A DNA stretch of 62,461 nucleotides, filler included. It is 8 parts of 8 records of this genome, joined end to end, with 100 filler letters (N's around TTAATTAATTAA, not from the genome) between each part and the next. Parts side by side here need not be neighbours in the genome. Positions count along the whole stretch, not along the records: positions 20,348 to 25,680 come from SRR31147125_64424; positions 25,781 to 33,495 come from SRR31147125_64433; 6 more parts are not named here. One strand, 5' to 3'. Numbering within the stretch: the first letter of the stretch is position 1; each line of letters starts with the position of its first letter. Positions 20,532 to 31,547 of this stretch are shown in pieces. Under the pieces are notes generated by a model, which had not been told where the DNA came from, did no database searches, and worked only from the letters and a program-made list of their open reading frames with translations. Position numbers and translations under genes: made by a program.

Positions 20532-21647
20532 TTATTTTTTTAATAAGCCAGCTTTTATTTCTGCTGCCAGACTACCCTCGACCGGATGTAAGTAGTTTCG
20601 TTTGGTTTCATCCATTTCGAGTTCAATCGGTTTATCTGTAAGTGTTGTATTTATAAGTTCAAGAATAGTTGGCTCAATATCCTTAAAATTAAGTGCAGGA
20701 CCGCCGCCTGTTCCTGTAAATTTTTTGTTTCCGGCAAACAGACTGTTATAAACTTTGTAATGAATAGGTTCCGATTTAGTAACCTCACCAAGAACCTGCT
20801 GGCCTCTGTCTCTAGTGAGCTGGCTAATCCAAATGTAATTACCATTAGCAATTACATTATTTCTGAAATCAAAGTCATTGGCAATGCCTGAGGTCCAGAT
20901 TCCGCATCCATAATTTCCTACAATCAGGCAGTTTCGCATCGCATGTCCTGTACTGTTTCGTGACCAGTATACAATGCCTTGTTTTACTTGATAAAACAGA
21001 CAGTGGTCGAGAACAATACCGTTTCCGTTGGCAATTATTGGCAGGTGATTGGGCAAAGTAACTTCATCGCCAGCAAAAAAACACTGTGTTATTTCCAAAT
21101 CATCAAGTCCGGGATTCAGACGGGCTATTGGATACACACGTTGAATATACCCTTCTTTTGGATGTTCCACCACAGGAATTCCCAATATTTTAAGTCCCTG
21201 GATAGTTACATGGCTGGTTTCTATCATCATTCCGTATGCAGTTCCGCCAAATGGATCTTTTTCTCCCTGCCACCAATCCGATAAAGGCAAAGTATGAATT
21301 AAGGTTGGCATGCTTCCGGTATTCCAGTTTTCATCATCGGGTAAAATCTCAGCTCTGATGGTCAGCCTGGCTGTTTTTGTTAATGTACGTTTGGCAGGTT
21401 GAAAAGTTGCTGTTTCATTTATGGCATAAATTCCTTCTGAAAGTATAATGGTAATCGCACCATCACTTGTATCCTCATTGACAATGTGTGAAGCAGCCAC
21501 TATTGTTTTTAATGGTTTCTCTTTGGTTCCTGCATTTTCATCGTTCCCTATATTAGGATTTACATAAATAGAAATGCCATTTTGTGCAAATCCATATCCA
21601 AAACTTAGTAAACTCCATAAAATCAAATAAATGATTTTTGCTTTCAT
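20532..21647 (-). CDS. Secreted right-handed beta-helix protein (DUF1565-like N-terminus)
   Basis: Signal peptide; IYVNP..GND.N.GT...PLKTI motif; pectate-lyase-like repeats. Confidence 0.65.
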   Translation of the reverse strand: MKAKIIYLILWSLLSFGYGFAQNGISIYVNPNIGNDENAGTKEKPLKTIVAASHIVNEDTSDGAITIILSEGIYAINETATFQPAKRTLTKTARLTIRAEILPDDENWNTGSMPTLIHTLPLSDWWQGEKDPFGGTAYGMMIETSHVTIQGLKILGIPVVEHPKEGYIQRVYPIARLNPGLDDLEITQCFFAGDEVTLPNHLPIIANGNGIVLDHCLFYQVKQGIVYWSRNSTGHAMRNCLIVGNYGCGIWTSGIANDFDFRNNVIANGNYIWISQLTRDRGQQVLGEVTKSEPIHYKVYNSLFAGNKKFTGTGGGPALNFKDIEPTILELINTTLTDKPIELEMDETKRNYLHPVEGSLAAEIKAGLLKK

Positions 21648-21676
21648 AATTAATTGTTTTCGTTTCTTAAACGTAA

Positions 21677-22327
21677 CTAGTATCCAATAGTAAAACGCTC
21701 CTGGTGGTGAGCTTCCTTTTCAACTTCATCAATCATGGCAAGGGCATAATCTTCTACCGAAATATTGCTGTTTCCATCTTTATCAACGATTAAATCGTTT
21801 TTTCCTAAACGGAATGTGCCGGTGCGTTCGCCCGGTGCTAAATTTCCGGCTGGTGAAAAGAATACCCAATCAATTTCTTTTTCATTACTGAGTATGTCGA
21901 GATAAAATTTCCCCAACGATTTTACAGCAGGCAGAAAATCCTCAGGAATTACTCCTGAATCTACCACACGCAAATTCGGTGCACAAAATAATGTTCCCGC
22001 TCCGCCAACGCAAAGAAGCCTTTTTACTCCTGCCAACTTTACACCCTCCAAAATTGCAGGATAAACGGTAAGTGTGTCGTTATAAATATTTGGATTAGTC
22101 CATCCGGGATTGTACGCACTAATTACTGTGTCGAAACCAGTGCAAAATATTGCAACAGTTTGTGCAGACGAAACATCTGCTTTTACGATGGATAGATTTT
22201 CACTTTTAAGCGTAATTTTTTCGGGATTTCGAACTACTGCGCTTACCTTATAACCCCGCTGTATGGCTTCTTTTAAAATTGCCGAACCTACAAAACCACT
22301 CGCTCCAATAAGTAATATCTTTTTCAT
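21677..22327 (-). CDS. NAD(P)H-binding oxidoreductase (YwnB/BVR-B-like)
   Basis: GASGFVG Rossmann motif, VGGAGTL, ISVEDYA. Confidence 0.88.
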   Translation of the reverse strand: MKKILLIGASGFVGSAILKEAIQRGYKVSAVVRNPEKITLKSENLSIVKADVSSAQTVAIFCTGFDTVISAYNPGWTNPNIYNDTLTVYPAILEGVKLAGVKRLLCVGGAGTLFCAPNLRVVDSGVIPEDFLPAVKSLGKFYLDILSNEKEIDWVFFSPAGNLAPGERTGTFRLGKNDLIVDKDGNSNISVEDYALAMIDEVEKEAHHQERFTIGY

Positions 22328-22464
22328 TTTTAATATATTTTTATAATTCTGGTTATTTAAATTGTTCCCAAAACTATTATATTTGTTCTGTATGTGCAAG
22401 TAGTCATTCTATTTTGACATAGTATATTTTTATAGACTAATGCTGATAATGAAATACTTAGAAG

Positions 22465-22821
22465 ATGGAAGAAAATGAATTAACACTGGATAAGATTATA
22501 AACGATATTGATAACTGCCCGATCAATTTTGCCATGAGTAAAATAGGAGGAAAGTGGAAACCCATTATTTTACATCGTATACAAGTGGGTGTAAATCGTT
22601 TTGGTGTGCTGAAGAGAGCCATTCCGGCAATTAGCAAACAAATGCTGACCTCGCAATTAAGAGAACTGGAAGAAGATGGATTTATAGAAAGGAAAATATT
22701 TGCTGAAATTCCGCCCAGAGTGGAATATTCAATATCGAGGAATGGTGAAACTATTTTCCCTTTATTGGAAATTATTGAAAAGTGGGGTAAAAATCAGATG
22801 AATAAAAATGTTGCTGATTGA
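22465..22821 (+). CDS. HxlR-family winged-helix regulator
   Basis: CP...IGGKWK...LRELEEDG...PPRVEYS; divergent from the oxidoreductase. Confidence 0.93.
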   Translation: MEENELTLDKIINDIDNCPINFAMSKIGGKWKPIILHRIQVGVNRFGVLKRAIPAISKQMLTSQLRELEEDGFIERKIFAEIPPRVEYSISRNGETIFPLLEIIEKWGKNQMNKNVAD

Positions 22822-22876
22822 ACTTTACGTGTACTCGATGCTAAATTCTGCATGGTTTGAAATCAGGCTTTTTAAA

Positions 22877-22920
22877 ATAAAAATACCGGGGTGCTGTTAA
22901 CAAATCCCCGGTATTTTATT
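22877..22920. terminator. Bidirectional intrinsic terminator
   Basis: aataaaaataccgggg...ccccggtattttatt between convergent genes. Confidence 0.75.
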
Positions 22921-22944
22921 TATTCGCGTATCTTAATAAAAGAT

Positions 22945-23322
22945 TTAATTTTTTAGCCGTTCGCCTGTTCCTCCGGCCATTCCACCCATTACACTTACAG
23001 TAATCGAATTTTCATTTTTAACAGATAAGGTCATATCAACGGCGCCCTGGCTTCCGTTAAAATTTAATGTTGCCTGTTTCTCTTTAACAGAAGTACTGTT
23101 TACTTTGAACAATTCTTTTCCTTCAGCGTCATTAATCGTTCCAATAACTTTATCACCATCCATTTCTATAGCAATCACCATTTCCTGGTTGCCGTAAGAA
23201 CTGTTCACTGTAACATTCCATTTTCCTTCAAAATAATCGAAACCTGTTTTGGTTTGAGCTTGTACTCCCAACGAAATTAGAATGATGAACATTCCTGTAA
23301 AAAATAATTTTGTAGTTTTCAT
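22945..23322 (-). CDS. Secreted hypothetical protein
   Basis: Signal peptide (..VQAQ); 125 aa. Confidence 0.7.
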   Translation of the reverse strand: MKTTKLFFTGMFIILISLGVQAQTKTGFDYFEGKWNVTVNSSYGNQEMVIAIEMDGDKVIGTINDAEGKELFKVNSTSVKEKQATLNFNGSQGAVDMTLSVKNENSITVSVMGGMAGGTGERLKN

Positions 23323-23407
23323 GTTTTAAAAATTAATTGTTATTAATTGTAATTCAGCTGTTTAGTTTGTTTTGTAAATTAGAAATATCTTGTTGGAACA
23401 GGATGTT

Positions 23408-25680
23408 TTACCGGATAACTTCAATCTTTATTTCTCCTGCAATCAATTTGTCCGATTCTGCTCTAACTAATATTGTTCCCGGATTTTTATATGGACGAAC
23501 AATTGCCTGTGCTTTCCCTTTCCAGGAATTCACGATTGAATTATTTACACTCTCCATGTCTCCAGGATTTGCATTCCCGGAAGCTGCCAGTTCTCCAGAA
23601 CCACTGATTGTAAGTCGAATCGGAATTGAATCAGTTGGAACCACTGTTCCGTTTTCATCCACGATTTCAACTTTCACAAATGAAAGATCGTTACGACTGG
23701 CAGTAATTTGGGTGCGGTCGGCGGTCAATCTTATTGATGTTGGTTCACCGGCAGTTTTTAATATTTTGCTGGTAATTTCATTTCCGTTTTTCAGAGCAAC
23801 AGCTTTTAATTCTCCGGGCTGATAAGGCACTTCAAATTCTGCAATATATTTATCTTTTTCAGTTAGATTTTTCTCGCCAACTATTTTCCCATTTAGTTCC
23901 AGTCTAACTTGTTGTGCTTTTGAAAAAATTCTAACATTTAAAGGTTTTCCTTCTTCGCCTTTCCAGCTCCAGCTTTGGTATTCTTTTGGCCAACCCCAGC
24001 CACCGATGTTTTCTGCAAATCCTTCAGGGATAGGTTCATGTACACTGACTTCCAGGCTGCTGTTGTTCCAAAGTACATTACGGTAATATAGTTGTGCTCT
24101 TTTTCTCCGGTTATATCAATATCACCGCATTCAGCTATAAAGTGCGGCCATGCTGAAGGTCTTCTTTGCTGCATGTCAAAAATGTTTACTCCTTTAGGCA
24201 ATTTGAATCCGGCAAAGTTTCCTGAAACGGTTTCCCCGGTTGTAGACGGAACATAACTGGAACTCCCGATTGATGTTTCACCCAGGTAATCCATGGCTGT
24301 CCACACAAAGTCTCCAATTACATAGGGATATTTCTCTACTTTTTCCCAGTAATCAAAAGCATCTTTTGCGTAAGATTCAGATGTGTAAATAATTCTATTG
24401 GGATACAATTCGTGGTCTGCTTCAATATTGTCGAGCATATAATTGTATCCGCAAACATCCATTAATTCAAAAACAGGTGTGGTTGTTTCCCAACCATCGG
24501 GATAGAAAAAACCTGTAATAGCCAATGTTACCGCCCTTGAATTATCGAGTTCTTTTACTTTGTTGGTTAGTTGTTTGGCAATCCGCAGCCGTGTAGAATC
24601 CTCAGGTTCGTAAATTTCATTTCCAATGCTCCACATAATAATACTCGGGTGGTTTCGGTTACTTGTCATCCAATCGGTTAAATCTTTTTCCCACCACTCT
24701 TTAAAGAAAATAGAATAGTCTTGCGGGCTTTTATAATATTCCCACATGTCGGTAAATTCATCGATAACCAACATTCCAAGCCGATCGCAGGTCTGGTAAA
24801 AAGTCTCTGAAAATGGATTATGTGAAGCACGGATGGTATTAAACCCGTTGGCCTTTAAAAGTTCTACTTTTCTTTCTTCGTACTCGGTTGAATGCGGCGG
24901 AACCCAGTAATCCGTTATCGTGGTGAATACAAGCTCCTTTTAGTAAAACTGATTTTCCGTTTAGCAGGAATCCTTTTTCAGCTGAAAATTCGATGGAACG
25001 TATTCCAAAACTTTGATTGTACTTGTCGAGTGTTTTATTTCCTTCTTTAATACTAATTTCAGCAGAATACAGATTAGGAGATTCCAACGACCACAACTCC
25101 GGATTTTCGACCCTGATTTGGTTTTTAATCGTTATATCAGATTGAGATTCTACTGTTATTTGTTTGGCAGCAGCACCCACAATATTTCCTTCTTTATCTT
25201 TAATATTGATTGTAATTTGAGGTGCTGTTTCTTTTTGGCCATCGTTTTGAACAGTAAGTTCTAAATTTACCAAAGCTGAATTATTATTAATTTCGGGCGT
25301 TGTAATTTTTACACCCCAAACAGCGGTATGAACGGGATTTGTTAATGAGAGATGCACATTTCTGTATATTCCTGAGCCGGTATACCAACGTGAGTTTCTT
25401 CCCTTGTTTTCAACTTTTACGGCAATTACATTTGTTTTACCGGGTTCGTTTAAAAACTCAGTTATATCGAACCAGAAAGGAGTATAACCATTTTTATGAA
25501 TACCGGCTTTTTTACCATTTATCCACACTTCTGATTCCATATAAATACCATCAAAGTTTAAAATGGCGGTTTTACCTTTGTCTGCTTTGTCGATTGTGAA
25601 AGATTTACGATACCAGCCAGTTCCGCCAATAACCTGCCCTGTAGAATTTCCGTTACCCGGCGAATTTTTGGAAAATGGCT
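23408..25680 (-). CDS. GH2 beta-galactosidase, 5' truncated, with about two frameshifts (near 24100 and 24880)
   Basis: RWYTGSGIYR, GACIHHDNG, NHPSIIMWSIGNE, GDFVWTAMDYLGE and PYQPGELKA pieces in three frames. Confidence 0.85.
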
Positions 25681-25780
25681 NNNNNNNNNNNNNNNNNNNN
25701 NNNNNNNNNNNNNNNNNNNNNNNNTTAATTAATTAANNNNNNNNNNNNNNNNNNNNNNNNNNNNNNNNNNNNNNNNNNNN
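25681..25780. other. Artificial contig linker
   Basis: N run with TTAATTAATTAA. Confidence 0.99.
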
Positions 25781-25835
25781 CGTTTAACCAAGGCTTTCGA
25801 TGGTCGTTGTAAGGCACTCATCATGGGTGTTCAGG

Positions 25836-26438
25836 TCAATTCAGCGCTACTTTGTCGATTAGTTTGAAATAGCCGTGACCGGCGCAGATGGGGCACAACA
25901 CTTTGCCCTCAATTTCATACTCTTTTCCATCTCTCACCATCTGCCCACATGTTTCACAAACCGCATGTTTTCGAGGTGGTCCGGGCATATCGTGATCCGA
26001 TAGATCGACGTCGACTTCCTGAACATCAAAGAGCTCACTGTCGGGCATTCGCATATACCCTTTCATCTGTTGTTGATATCGTGATGTCTCTTCCGGTGCA
26101 TATTTTTGGACAAGATCCCGCGATCTTTCCGTTGAGATAATACGAAATGCGCGCCCGGTCTCAATATTGACGAATGTAGCGGCGTTGGTGCCGAAATCTT
26201 TGAATTTCAATGTCCGTTTCCCCAGCTTGCATCCGGTGACGCTTTCAATGGCATCGGTCGCACAGCGGTCGATCTCCACATAGACCAGCATCTTTTTTCG
26301 TTGGGCATCCGACTTGGGCGCTTCAATCCCCACCAGTCGACATCCCAGCATGGACATACGGACACCGATGACTTGCCCGGCGCAGAGATGACCGTGTTTT
26401 TCAACGGATTCCGCTAATAGTGTATCAAAGTCTTTCAT
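25836..26438 (-). CDS. FmdE-family protein with C-terminal zinc finger
   Basis: HGHLCAGQ, EIDRCATDA, CxxC...CxxC. Confidence 0.88.
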   Translation of the reverse strand: MKDFDTLLAESVEKHGHLCAGQVIGVRMSMLGCRLVGIEAPKSDAQRKKMLVYVEIDRCATDAIESVTGCKLGKRTLKFKDFGTNAATFVNIETGRAFRIISTERSRDLVQKYAPEETSRYQQQMKGYMRMPDSELFDVQEVDVDLSDHDMPGPPRKHAVCETCGQMVRDGKEYEIEGKVLCPICAGHGYFKLIDKVALN

Positions 26439-26444
26439 TTTATC

Positions 26445-26860
26445 TCACTCCTTTGATATGGAACGGCAAATTTTGCCATTCGGTGATATATCAAAATTCG
26501 GCGCAGGGTTCAGCACCTCATCCGCCATGTGGTGAAAGGGTTTTGCCGTATCAATATAGGACGCGATCAACGCATGTGCGTTGGAGGTCAATCGGGCACC
26601 GCCCCCTTCCCCCCGCCGCGATAGGACAATACCAGGGGCTGATCCATCTGCATCTCCATGTCCCGAATGGCCCCTCTGATTTTTCGATAGGAAATCCCGA
26701 GAGCAGTGGCGGCATGACGAATGGATCCGTTTTCATGGATGGCCTGCAGCATTTTTACCCTTCCTTCACCGATGACAGGCTTTCCATCGATCTCAAGCCA
26801 CACTTTCAATCGGATGGTAATTGCTTTTTTTGTTTTTGTTTGAGAGCCATGATCTTCTGG
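26445..26860 (-). CDS. ModE-like winged-helix regulator (frameshift in a G run near 26610; start uncertain)
   Basis: KVWLE..G..VIGEGR..ML.AI.E.GSI..AA..LGISY, then GGGARLT continuing in another frame to a TGA at 26445. Confidence 0.7.
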
Positions 26861-27082
26861 AATGCCGTAATTTATCGATTTGATGGAATCGAGTTGTTCA
26901 ATCGGTTTGTAGGGTGCAAAATATATATTACATGCACTGTTGAACGAAATATTGCATGTAATTTGTGATGTGTCAATTCTTTTTTTATCCCAATTTATTT
27001 TTTGTTTGGGTGGCAGGTTCGACAATTTCAATCGGCAGTCATTAGGGAGTCAACGATTATTGATTTACGACGTACAACCAAC

Positions 27083-27120
27083 CCCACCCCTCATCCCCTC
27101 TCCATAATGGAGAGGGGATG
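27083..27120. repeat. Palindromic REP-like element
   Basis: catcccctctccat-a-atggagaggggatg hairpin; related partial copy at 56658-56690. Confidence 0.6.
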
Positions 27121-27330
27121 TTCAGTTGTGGTAAATCAAAAGCAGCTGAGTCCCTTATCACTTTGACGTGACCACAGGTGAATCGTGTCGATCAGGTATA
27201 GAATCTTGCATTTCATCCCTCACCATGCTAATCAGTATTGGGTATTGAATAAGGCTGTAAATAACGATAATTGTAGTGAGAATCAGTGCTGTTTTCATGA
27301 CTCCTGATTGAGGGCGACTGAGCATTAGCC

Positions 27331-28011
27331 GTGCCCGAATATGAAAGAGATACGGAATTGAAACAAGAAGCAAGAAATTTGACGTTAAAGGCTTATGAAA
27401 GCATCAAAGGCATGATGTTGAACTATGAAATTGTGCCTGGACAACGACTGGTGTTTGTCGATCTGGCTAAGAGACTGGGGGTCAGCCGAACGCCTGTGAA
27501 CAACGCTCTGAGTATTTTAGCCAAGGAAGGATATCTGGACTTTGTCCCCAATCAAGGGTATTGGGTGCATAAGTTGACGCGCCGGGAAGCGGAGTCCCTG
27601 TATGAAATCAGGCAGATTCTTGAACTCGGCATCATCGGAAAGGCGGTTCGGAGTATGACTGACGAAGATTTGGAGCGGATCTCCGAAGCCAAGTCCAACT
27701 ATGAAAATTCCATTAGAAATCGGGTCCTCAGAAAACAATTTGTTCTGGATACGGAATTTCACGGCAGTATCGTGGATGTGGTGAAAAATTCTTATGTATC
27801 GGAACAATACAGAGAAGTCTGCCAGAAAATGTTTCTTCGATTTCGTATTGAGGATTTAGAACTGGAACGGCTCAATCATATTATCAAAGAACACGCTGAT
27901 CTTTATGAGGCCCTCTCCATGAGAGATGTCTCCCGAACCAAGGAGCTGATAAGAGCCCATTACACCCTCTCGCAAAAAAATCTTTTTAAAGCTATTTTTA
28001 AAGATGAGTAA
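27331..28011 (+). CDS. GntR-family (FCD) transcriptional regulator
   Basis: PGQRL...LA..LGVSRTPV HTH; FCD D.EFH...EH. Confidence 0.9.
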   Translation: MPEYERDTELKQEARNLTLKAYESIKGMMLNYEIVPGQRLVFVDLAKRLGVSRTPVNNALSILAKEGYLDFVPNQGYWVHKLTRREAESLYEIRQILELGIIGKAVRSMTDEDLERISEAKSNYENSIRNRVLRKQFVLDTEFHGSIVDVVKNSYVSEQYREVCQKMFLRFRIEDLELERLNHIIKEHADLYEALSMRDVSRTKELIRAHYTLSQKNLFKAIFKDE

Positions 28012-28204
28012 ACCGTTGCAGTGTTCCAAAGTGGGGTGATTTTATCTATGGCACCTGATCTCCTATTCTTAGTTGTCGTCATTATGAATGGAAAAAAAGG
28101 GGGGGAAGAAAGTCTCCCTCTTTCATCCTGCGGTAAAAATGGACTTGCTTTTTTCAATTTTTACATGTAATTTAGCATGAAATAAAAAGAGTGTCTAACT
28201 TAAT

Positions 28205-28881
28205 ATGAAGCATCAAGTTCATAAGGAGCCCGCTTTGGCCGAACAGAAAAACCTGACCCTGCGTGTCTACGACAAGATAAAAGAGATGATGTTCAATTAC
28301 GAGATTGTTCCGGGACAGCGACTGGTATTTGTGGATCTGGCCAAAGCCCTTGGGGTCAGCCGGACACCTGTGAATAACGCGTTGAGTATTTTAGCAAAGG
28401 AAGGCTATTTGGACTTTGTTCCGAATCAGGGCTATTCGGTGCACAAACTGACCCTTGAAGAGGCGCAAGCCCTGTATGACATGAAAAATATTCTTGAGTC
28501 CGGTTCCATATCAAAAGCGATCCGAAATGTCTCCCCGGAGCAGCTGGCCGTTATCGAAGAGAAAAAAATGCATTTGAGAGATCTGCAAAAAAACGGGTCA
28601 CACGATCGCTTTTTATCATGGACATGGAGTTCCATGCCACCATTTGTCAAATGGCGGGAAATCCCCTGTTGGTGGAAAAATACAAGGATATTTATCAGCA
28701 CATATTTTTAAGACTCAGAACTGAAATGCTTCTGGTGGAACGAAGCTTTGAGATCATCAAAGAGCACAATCAAATTTACGAATCCATCCGAATTTCCGAT
28801 GTGTCATGGGCAAAAAGCATGATTAAACAACATAATACAGAATCGGTCAGCAACCTGACCCGGTCGGTTTTTTCCAATTGA
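28205..28881 (+). CDS. GntR-family regulator paralogue, frameshifted in or near an A run around 28560-28595
   Basis: HTH nearly identical to the upstream GntR; FCD half continues in ORF 28618-28881. Confidence 0.85.
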
Positions 28882-28929
28882 GTTCAACCGGAGCGCAGCT
28901 CTTTTTTGCCACTCCCATGGAAATAGTCA

Positions 28930-30795
28930 TTATGTTTCAAAGGGCATCCGGATTTCAATTTCATTGCCGATTTTTTTATAGGTCAGATCGGGGTAGTGCT
29001 TTTTAAAGAGATGAATCATGGGATAATTCTCATTGAGAACCGATGCACAAAACCCGATATACCCGTTTCCTTTTGCGATTTTTTCCAGCTCATCGAGCAG
29101 ATACCCTGCAATCCCCTGCCCCTGAAAATCTTCCCTTACAACAAAGGCCACCTCGGCCCACTTGGGTTGATCCACCTCTGCATAGGTGGCAATGGCCATC
29201 ATCTCCTGGTTGGCTTTATTGCGTACCAGCCCGATCAAAGAGATGAAATTTCGATAATCCATGTTGGCCCAATGTTCCTGAGCCATTTTCCGTGAAAAAA
29301 TGGTGATGGAGTGGAAAAATCGAAGGAAGATGGTCTCCTCTTTCAGTGAATAGAAAAAGTTGCGATAGGCAATTTCATCGGATGGCAAAAGAGGTCGAAC
29401 CGCCATGGTTTTTCCGGTTTTAAGGACTTTCCGGCTTTTGTATGATTCTAAAAAGAGCAGATCTTCCGCCGGTAACGGCATTTGATCTTTAAAGATATAT
29501 CGATGGGTTTTGGCCGCTTCGATCAATCCGGCTCTGAAATTGGGATGGGCAATTTGTGAAAGCTCGATGACCCGCTGGTAGATGCTTTTTCCTTTGAGTT
29601 GGGCAATGCCGTACTCTGTGACGACAAAATTGACATCCGCCCGAAGCGTGGCCACCCCGGCACCGGGGCTCAACACCGGGACAATGCGGGAGGCCCGGCC
29701 GTTTTTTGTCTCAACAGTTGAGGGAAGCGCAATAATGGAAATGCCTCCTTTGGACAAGGTCGCTCCCCGGATAAAATTGGCCTGATCGCCGGTGCCGCTG
29801 AAAAAAAGCCTTCCCACGGAATCGGAACAGACCTGACCGGAAAGATCCACCTCCAAGGCCGAGCTGATGGAGACAAAGTTATCGTTCCGGCCGATGATCC
29901 CGGGGGTGTTCACAAAATCCGCCGTACCGAAATAGAACTGAATGTTGTTATCGATGTAGTCATAGATCGTTCGGGATCCCATGCAAAATGTTGTCACGGC
30001 ACGTCCGGTCATGAAGTTTTTTGCTTTATTGGTGATGATACCCTTTTCAAAAAGAGGGACGAACTCATCTGCCACCATATGGGTGTGAACCCCGAGATCG
30101 TTTTTGTCATCGATATATTTCAACAGGGCATAGGGCAGATATCCGTATCCCACCTGAAGGGTACTGCCGTCGTCGATGAGTTCCTTGACATACTGGGCGA
30201 TCCGTTGGGTCACGTCATCGTTGACCCGTTGCTGGGGATTCTCCAGAAGCTCCTCTTCAAATGGGACCAGGATATCGATGTCATCCACTTGGATGAATCC
30301 GTCTCCATGGGTCCGGGGCATGCGGGGGTTGATCTGGGCAATGACGGTTTTGGCATGTTTGATCGCCTCCAGCGTCACATCCACGGAAACCCCGAGGCTC
30401 GCAACCCCGAATCGATCCGGCGGACTGATCTGGATCAGAGCGGTGTCTATGCACATCTGATTGTTTCTGAAAAAGTTGGGGATTTGGGAGAGATAGGTCG
30501 GGATGTAATCGATCTTTCCGTCATAGGCGGCCTGCTGCATGGGGTGGGTGACAAAAAAGAGCTTGAGGGAAAAGCGTCTGAAAAAATCACGCTCATCAAA
30601 ATAGTCCGCCAGGGTATATGAAAGCATCTGGTAGATCATCACATCCTGGATATTGACGTCTTTGACCAGCGCGTGGATCAAATGCTGGGGCTCCCCACAT
30701 CCGGATCCGATGAAGATTCTGCTGCCGTTTTTGATTGTTGCAATGGCTTCTTTTGCGGAAAGTTCTTTGCTGCCAAAGGGGTTACTGAGTTCCAT
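28930..30795 (-). CDS. Acetyl-CoA hydrolase/CoA-transferase fused to a C-terminal GNAT domain
   Basis: GSGCGEP, GSTLQVG.G, LGVHT, EVDLSGQVC, VVTEYGIA; GNAT AEVAFVVREDFQGQGIA. Confidence 0.9.
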   Translation of the reverse strand: MELSNPFGSKELSAKEAIATIKNGSRIFIGSGCGEPQHLIHALVKDVNIQDVMIYQMLSYTLADYFDERDFFRRFSLKLFFVTHPMQQAAYDGKIDYIPTYLSQIPNFFRNNQMCIDTALIQISPPDRFGVASLGVSVDVTLEAIKHAKTVIAQINPRMPRTHGDGFIQVDDIDILVPFEEELLENPQQRVNDDVTQRIAQYVKELIDDGSTLQVGYGYLPYALLKYIDDKNDLGVHTHMVADEFVPLFEKGIITNKAKNFMTGRAVTTFCMGSRTIYDYIDNNIQFYFGTADFVNTPGIIGRNDNFVSISSALEVDLSGQVCSDSVGRLFFSGTGDQANFIRGATLSKGGISIIALPSTVETKNGRASRIVPVLSPGAGVATLRADVNFVVTEYGIAQLKGKSIYQRVIELSQIAHPNFRAGLIEAAKTHRYIFKDQMPLPAEDLLFLESYKSRKVLKTGKTMAVRPLLPSDEIAYRNFFYSLKEETIFLRFFHSITIFSRKMAQEHWANMDYRNFISLIGLVRNKANQEMMAIATYAEVDQPKWAEVAFVVREDFQGQGIAGYLLDELEKIAKGNGYIGFCASVLNENYPMIHLFKKHYPDLTYKKIGNEIEIRMPFET

Positions 30796-30808
30796 CCATG
30801 CCTCCATC

Positions 30809-31273
30809 TTATCTTATCTTTTCAACACCCACGCGTCTTTCTTTGATATTTCTAATGACATATTGACCGGTGCCGAGTAATCGACGATTCCAGGTACATC
30901 GGAAACTGACCCGATTCCCGACTTTGAGCCTGCCGGACCTTGCCAAGTCAATGGGGACATCTATGCCGATACCGGTTGCAGATATATCGACGAGATTGAC
31001 CTCAAGCTCTTTGCTGCCCAACGTGGAAAGAAATAGCTTTCCACATTGGGTCTCCCTACGGCTGATTCTTTTATTGAGGATGCATTTGGTGGTTTTCTTG
31101 CATTTATGGCAAAGTACTTTTTTTGTGCGTAATCTTGGAGGAACGGTAATAATTCTTTTTGTTCCGCAATTGGCACATCTAAATTGCATCCTTTTGTTTC
31201 GGACTCGGAAGATTTTTGTCCGACTGATTTTTTCTTTATCATGGTAGTTGCGGCGAAGAAATTCCCTATCCAT
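30809..31273 (-). CDS. Zn-ribbon plus PilZ domain protein
   Basis: CANC...CHKC; RxxxR and DISATG PilZ motifs. Confidence 0.7.
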   Translation of the reverse strand: MDREFLRRNYHDKEKISRTKIFRVRNKRMQFRCANCGTKRIITVPPRLRTKKVLCHKCKKTTKCILNKRISRRETQCGKLFLSTLGSKELEVNLVDISATGIGIDVPIDLARSGRLKVGNRVSFRCTWNRRLLGTGQYVIRNIKERRVGVEKIR

Positions 31274-31547
31274 AATCTTACCCTCGGTTGGTAGCGATTT
31301 TTTCCGACTCGGATCAACTGATTCCATAGGAGCTTGTTTAAAAATTCAAAGGCTCTAAGGAAAAACATCGAGTTTAATTTGCTCATTTACTGATCAACAA
31401 AATTTTTCGACGCATATCATATTACCGATCTCAATACTGGTTTCATTTTTTTTCAATACACTGCGGTCCCTTTCAAGCATCGCGGCTTAAGTGGTTTCTT
31501 ACATTATTATAATAAAAATCAAGAAGGGGCAAGTTGCGAAAAGTCAG

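Noticed and set aside
26928-28182. Link between the TTACATGTAA palindrome here and the TTACAnnTGTAA motif at 60.7-61.9 kb
   Set aside because: Different contigs, apparently different phyla and different half-site spacing; likely coincidence
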